From a virus (taxonomy: Duplodnaviria; Heunggongvirae; Uroviricota; Caudoviricetes), in IMG/VR virus record IMGVR_UViG_2703718850_000013: a stretch of 32,125 nucleotides of DNA; one strand, written 5' to 3'. A program made the translations under genes and the position numbers. Positions 29,488 to 32,125 of the stretch are shown piece after piece. The notes below the pieces were generated by a model, which was not told the DNA's origin, did no database searches, and saw only the letters and a list, made by a program, of their open reading frames with translations. How positions within the stretch are numbered: the first letter of the stretch is position 1; every line of letters begins with the position of its first letter.

Positions 29488-29916
29488 ATGAAATGGACAA
29501 TGCATGATCCTGAGACATGGGATTATGAAGATATAAATGACGGGAGGTATGCAGCTTTTGTATATATGATCACTTTTGACGATGGTTCATATTATTTTGG
29601 TGTAAAGTCAATCTTCAAAAGTATTCGGGATGTAAAGAAGCTGAAGCCAACTACAAAGGAATCCAACTGGGAGAATTATTATTCTTCCTCGAAGAAGGTG
29701 CAGGCAATGGTTGATTCAGGCCTGAACTATGAAAAACAAATACTATGGTGTTTCAGAACGACGAATGAAGCTGAGCAAGTAGAAGCGGCATTGATTCTAT
29801 TCTTAGGACAGCAATCAAATAATTTAAATCTTGCCGTGATGTGCAAAGTACGGCTTGGTAAAAATCGTTCTGAAACATTCAAAGTACTGCAACAATTATT
29901 AGAGAGGTTATCATGA
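29488..29916 (+). CDS. hypothetical protein, possible stand-alone GIY-YIG nuclease domain
   Basis: FVY-x10-YFG then Arg, Glu and Asn at roughly GIY-YIG spacing; weak. Start set at ATG 29488 (track start 29473 is TTG). Confidence 0.35.
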   Translation: MKWTMHDPETWDYEDINDGRYAAFVYMITFDDGSYYFGVKSIFKSIRDVKKLKPTTKESNWENYYSSSKKVQAMVDSGLNYEKQILWCFRTTNEAEQVEAALILFLGQQSNNLNLAVMCKVRLGKNRSETFKVLQQLLERLS

Positions 29917-30506
29917 AATGGAAAAATGGTCATTCACCAGATGATATGAAGAAATTTGTTAATAAAAATTCCCCAAAGATCGGTAAAGACTTCAAAAAAG
30001 AACTAAGTAACCGTATGCGTAATGTTACCCAACAGATACAGCAGAAAATTAACCAGGAAGTAGAGGGTGGTGTAATTCCATATACGGGTAGGGCGATGTA
30101 CTTTAATTTTAAACGGCTTAATGAATTTGAGAGTGTAAACCAGATTATAGTACTGGGAAATCAGGCGAGATACTTAAAGCATATTATTGACCCTGATTAT
30201 GTAGGGAATAAGGAATATAAAGCGATCCCATACCAAAACGCCAAGAAGACAAAACAGGGCAATATAACTCAACTTAAATCAAAGCGTAAGAACGATAAAT
30301 ATAAAAAAGTGAAGAGTAAGACGTCTGGAAAGACATATCTAATCGACACTACCAAGAAGACGAAAACGAGTAAGGAACGTGTTATTGGTTATTATGGAAG
30401 TGTTGGAAGAAAACCAATATTTGATTTTTATGACACAACCGAAAAAATGGTATTACGACAACTTCAAACTATGCGTGGTACATTCGAATATAAATGGAGA
30501 AAATAA
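29913..30506 (+). CDS. hypothetical lysine-rich protein (197 aa)
   Basis: ORF with ATGA overlap to the upstream gene; highly basic. Confidence 0.45.
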   Translation: MKWKNGHSPDDMKKFVNKNSPKIGKDFKKELSNRMRNVTQQIQQKINQEVEGGVIPYTGRAMYFNFKRLNEFESVNQIIVLGNQARYLKHIIDPDYVGNKEYKAIPYQNAKKTKQGNITQLKSKRKNDKYKKVKSKTSGKTYLIDTTKKTKTSKERVIGYYGSVGRKPIFDFYDTTEKMVLRQLQTMRGTFEYKWRK

Positions 30507-30826
30507 TGAATATACTTGATCAATATCCCTGTTATGACCATACCGTACTGGATGAATTCCTATTTCAAAACGTCAAACCTGTAAGTGTTACTTTGCCATA
30601 TGACAAAGTGTTTTCGGGTAGCAAGTTAATTAAAAAGAAGGTAGATAAGAGTAAAGGGGATTTGATCGTATTCAGTTTCAATCTAAACAATATTCCGAAT
30701 GTTAATGATGGTGATGTACTCGATACAGTATGTCTTGGTGATAATAAGACAGTAGCAGTACTGTCATGCTTTAATCAAGTCTACAAAGGTCATCGCGTTT
30801 GGTCTGTCGTATGCCAGTTACAATAA
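30494..30826 (+). CDS. hypothetical protein (110 aa)
   Basis: ORF overlapping the upstream gene end; no motif. Confidence 0.4.
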   Translation: MEKIMNILDQYPCYDHTVLDEFLFQNVKPVSVTLPYDKVFSGSKLIKKKVDKSKGDLIVFSFNLNNIPNVNDGDVLDTVCLGDNKTVAVLSCFNQVYKGHRVWSVVCQLQ

Positions 30827-30837
30827 GGAAATGAAAT

Positions 30838-31131
30838 ATGATAAATGCAATATCCGTATTAATTAGTACAATAATGAGTGTTTTTACAAAGACAAAATTA
30901 ATTGAAAAAGAGGAACATAGAACTAACACTGAAGGACAGATTGAGACAAATAAAATTGAAATTGAGCAAAACACCTTTCACTGGAGAAACTTCCTTGGTT
31001 TTGTACTTTCCCTAATCATTTTATATAATTGGATAATTGTACCTGTTCTTGATGCGTTTGGTATTGTATTAATACAAGTTCCACTAGGTGAGCTACTACA
31101 GATACTTTTAATCATGGTGGGTGGTGGTTGA
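30838..31131 (+). CDS. small membrane protein, holin-like candidate (97 aa)
   Basis: AAGGAAA SD; two C-terminal hydrophobic helices (FLGFVLSLIILYNWIIVPVL; LLQILLIMVGG). Confidence 0.4.
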   Translation: MINAISVLISTIMSVFTKTKLIEKEEHRTNTEGQIETNKIEIEQNTFHWRNFLGFVLSLIILYNWIIVPVLDAFGIVLIQVPLGELLQILLIMVGGG

Positions 31132-31135
31132 TATT

Positions 31136-31159
31136 GAAAGGCTACAATTGTAGCCTTTC
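31136..31159. terminator. hairpin GAAAGGCTACA-AT-TGTAGCCTTTC between convergent genes
   Basis: Near-perfect palindrome 5 nt after the 30838..31131 stop; no strong T-tract. Confidence 0.35.
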
Positions 31160-31162
31160 ATA

Positions 31163-32125
31163 TTAATCTATACGTTTATTATTGTACGTATCGTGACTAA
31201 ATCTATTTGTCTGTCTTTTTTCTGCTGACTCTAAGAATTGGACTACTGGGCTTATATATTCATCCCAACGAGTCTTATTAAATTTAGATACTATTCTATA
31301 AACCATAAAAATAGGTTGATTAGTAAATGTATAGTTGCTAAACCATCTGTTTCCTATTTTGTTTTTTAATCTTTTGAAATATTTATGGTAATTAACTTTA
31401 CCATCTTCTTCTAAAAATTGAATGTCTTTAGAAAAATTTATGATCTCTAAGGTTTCTTTTTTTTCTCTGCAAATATCCTTGAGACTAAGCATTATATTTT
31501 TATTGGAATTTTCATCAGTTGTTTTATCTAGCCAAGAATGAAGTTCATTTTCTTTATCTTTAAATACATTGTTTATTTTGTCTTCGTCGATTTCATCCAT
31601 CATATTTTTTAAATTTAACTCCGGCTTTCCCTTTATATTTTTTTTTGACAGGAGAGCCGTTGGAATATTGAAGCTAGTTATATGTTGACTTATCTGTTCT
31701 GTTATTTCTTCTAACATCTCTGGGATGAAATCACCTTCATATATTTTAGAAATCATATCTTCTATTTCACGCTTGCTAATATCACCATCGACTACGCCAA
31801 CTACTTCCAGTACCTTTTCATTCCCTGTTTTTATTAATTCTTTAGAATATAGTAGGCACCCAGCTAATGATATAATTATATTAGCCCACGAACCACATCG
31901 CCTAAAATTAAATGATCCTACATTCATTTTCCGATATGATAATGAATGAATAATTAATTCCTCAGCTACTTTGTCTTCGCAAAAAACAATAACAGGAGGA
32001 ATATTGTATGAATTGAAACTACGGGTGTTTGTTATTATAATTTCAGATGTATCACCATGATTGGTTTTCGTAATTGTTTGAGTACCAATTACACCTATTC
32101 CACAATTTATTTTATATTTGTTCAT
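31163..32125 (-). CDS. TOPRIM-like nuclease-domain protein (OLD / AriB-like candidate)
   Basis: Conserved Glu in VIVFCEDKVAEEL followed about 65 residues later by VVGVVDGD (DxD); the ATG sits exactly at the window edge, so the N-terminus and any upstream partner gene cannot be assessed. Confidence 0.45.
   Translation of the reverse strand: MNKYKINCGIGVIGTQTITKTNHGDTSEIIITNTRSFNSYNIPPVIVFCEDKVAEELIIHSLSYRKMNVGSFNFRRCGSWANIIISLAGCLLYSKELIKTGNEKVLEVVGVVDGDISKREIEDMISKIYEGDFIPEMLEEITEQISQHITSFNIPTALLSKKNIKGKPELNLKNMMDEIDEDKINNVFKDKENELHSWLDKTTDENSNKNIMLSLKDICREKKETLEIINFSKDIQFLEEDGKVNYHKYFKRLKNKIGNRWFSNYTFTNQPIFMVYRIVSKFNKTRWDEYISPVVQFLESAEKRQTNRFSHDTYNNKRID

Noticed and set aside
29452-29505. 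Track start of the endolysin ORF at 29505 (MHCPFHINTPQIIVYEVF...)
   Set aside because: These 18 residues have no counterpart in T4-type lysozymes, and the internal ATG at 29449-29451 has a proper GAGG SD.

Overview
The window reads as a lambda-like tailed-phage (or prophage) genome segment with three parts. (i) 1-8500: a few small plus-strand genes, an ORF-free regulatory stretch with repeated palindromes, then a minus-strand accessory island (about 1777-8421) encoding membrane proteins, an HNH-domain nuclease and a nucleotidyltransferase + 2TM-protein pair; it contains a perfect 16-copy octanucleotide tandem array. (ii) 8580-28657: a co-directional morphogenesis operon in lambda order (Nu1-like TerS, GpA-like TerL, portal, prohead protease fused to capsid protein, two proteins sharing a tail-tube domain, tail chaperone with a -1 frameshift site, tape measure, minor tail proteins, J-like central fibre). 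(iii) 28717-32125: a reversed GH24 endolysin, small membrane proteins, and GIY-YIG-like and TOPRIM-like nuclease candidates. The best candidate for an undescribed system is the minus-strand island, especially the four-gene operon with two paralogous 2TM proteins (1777-4747) preceded by the octamer array. Also notable are an in-frame TAA splitting the portal gene and a strong excess of AGTACT/CAGTACTG in the structural module. All domain calls come from motifs and topology read off the translations; no database search was possible, and coordinates follow the ORF track (stop codon included) except where a start was re-chosen.
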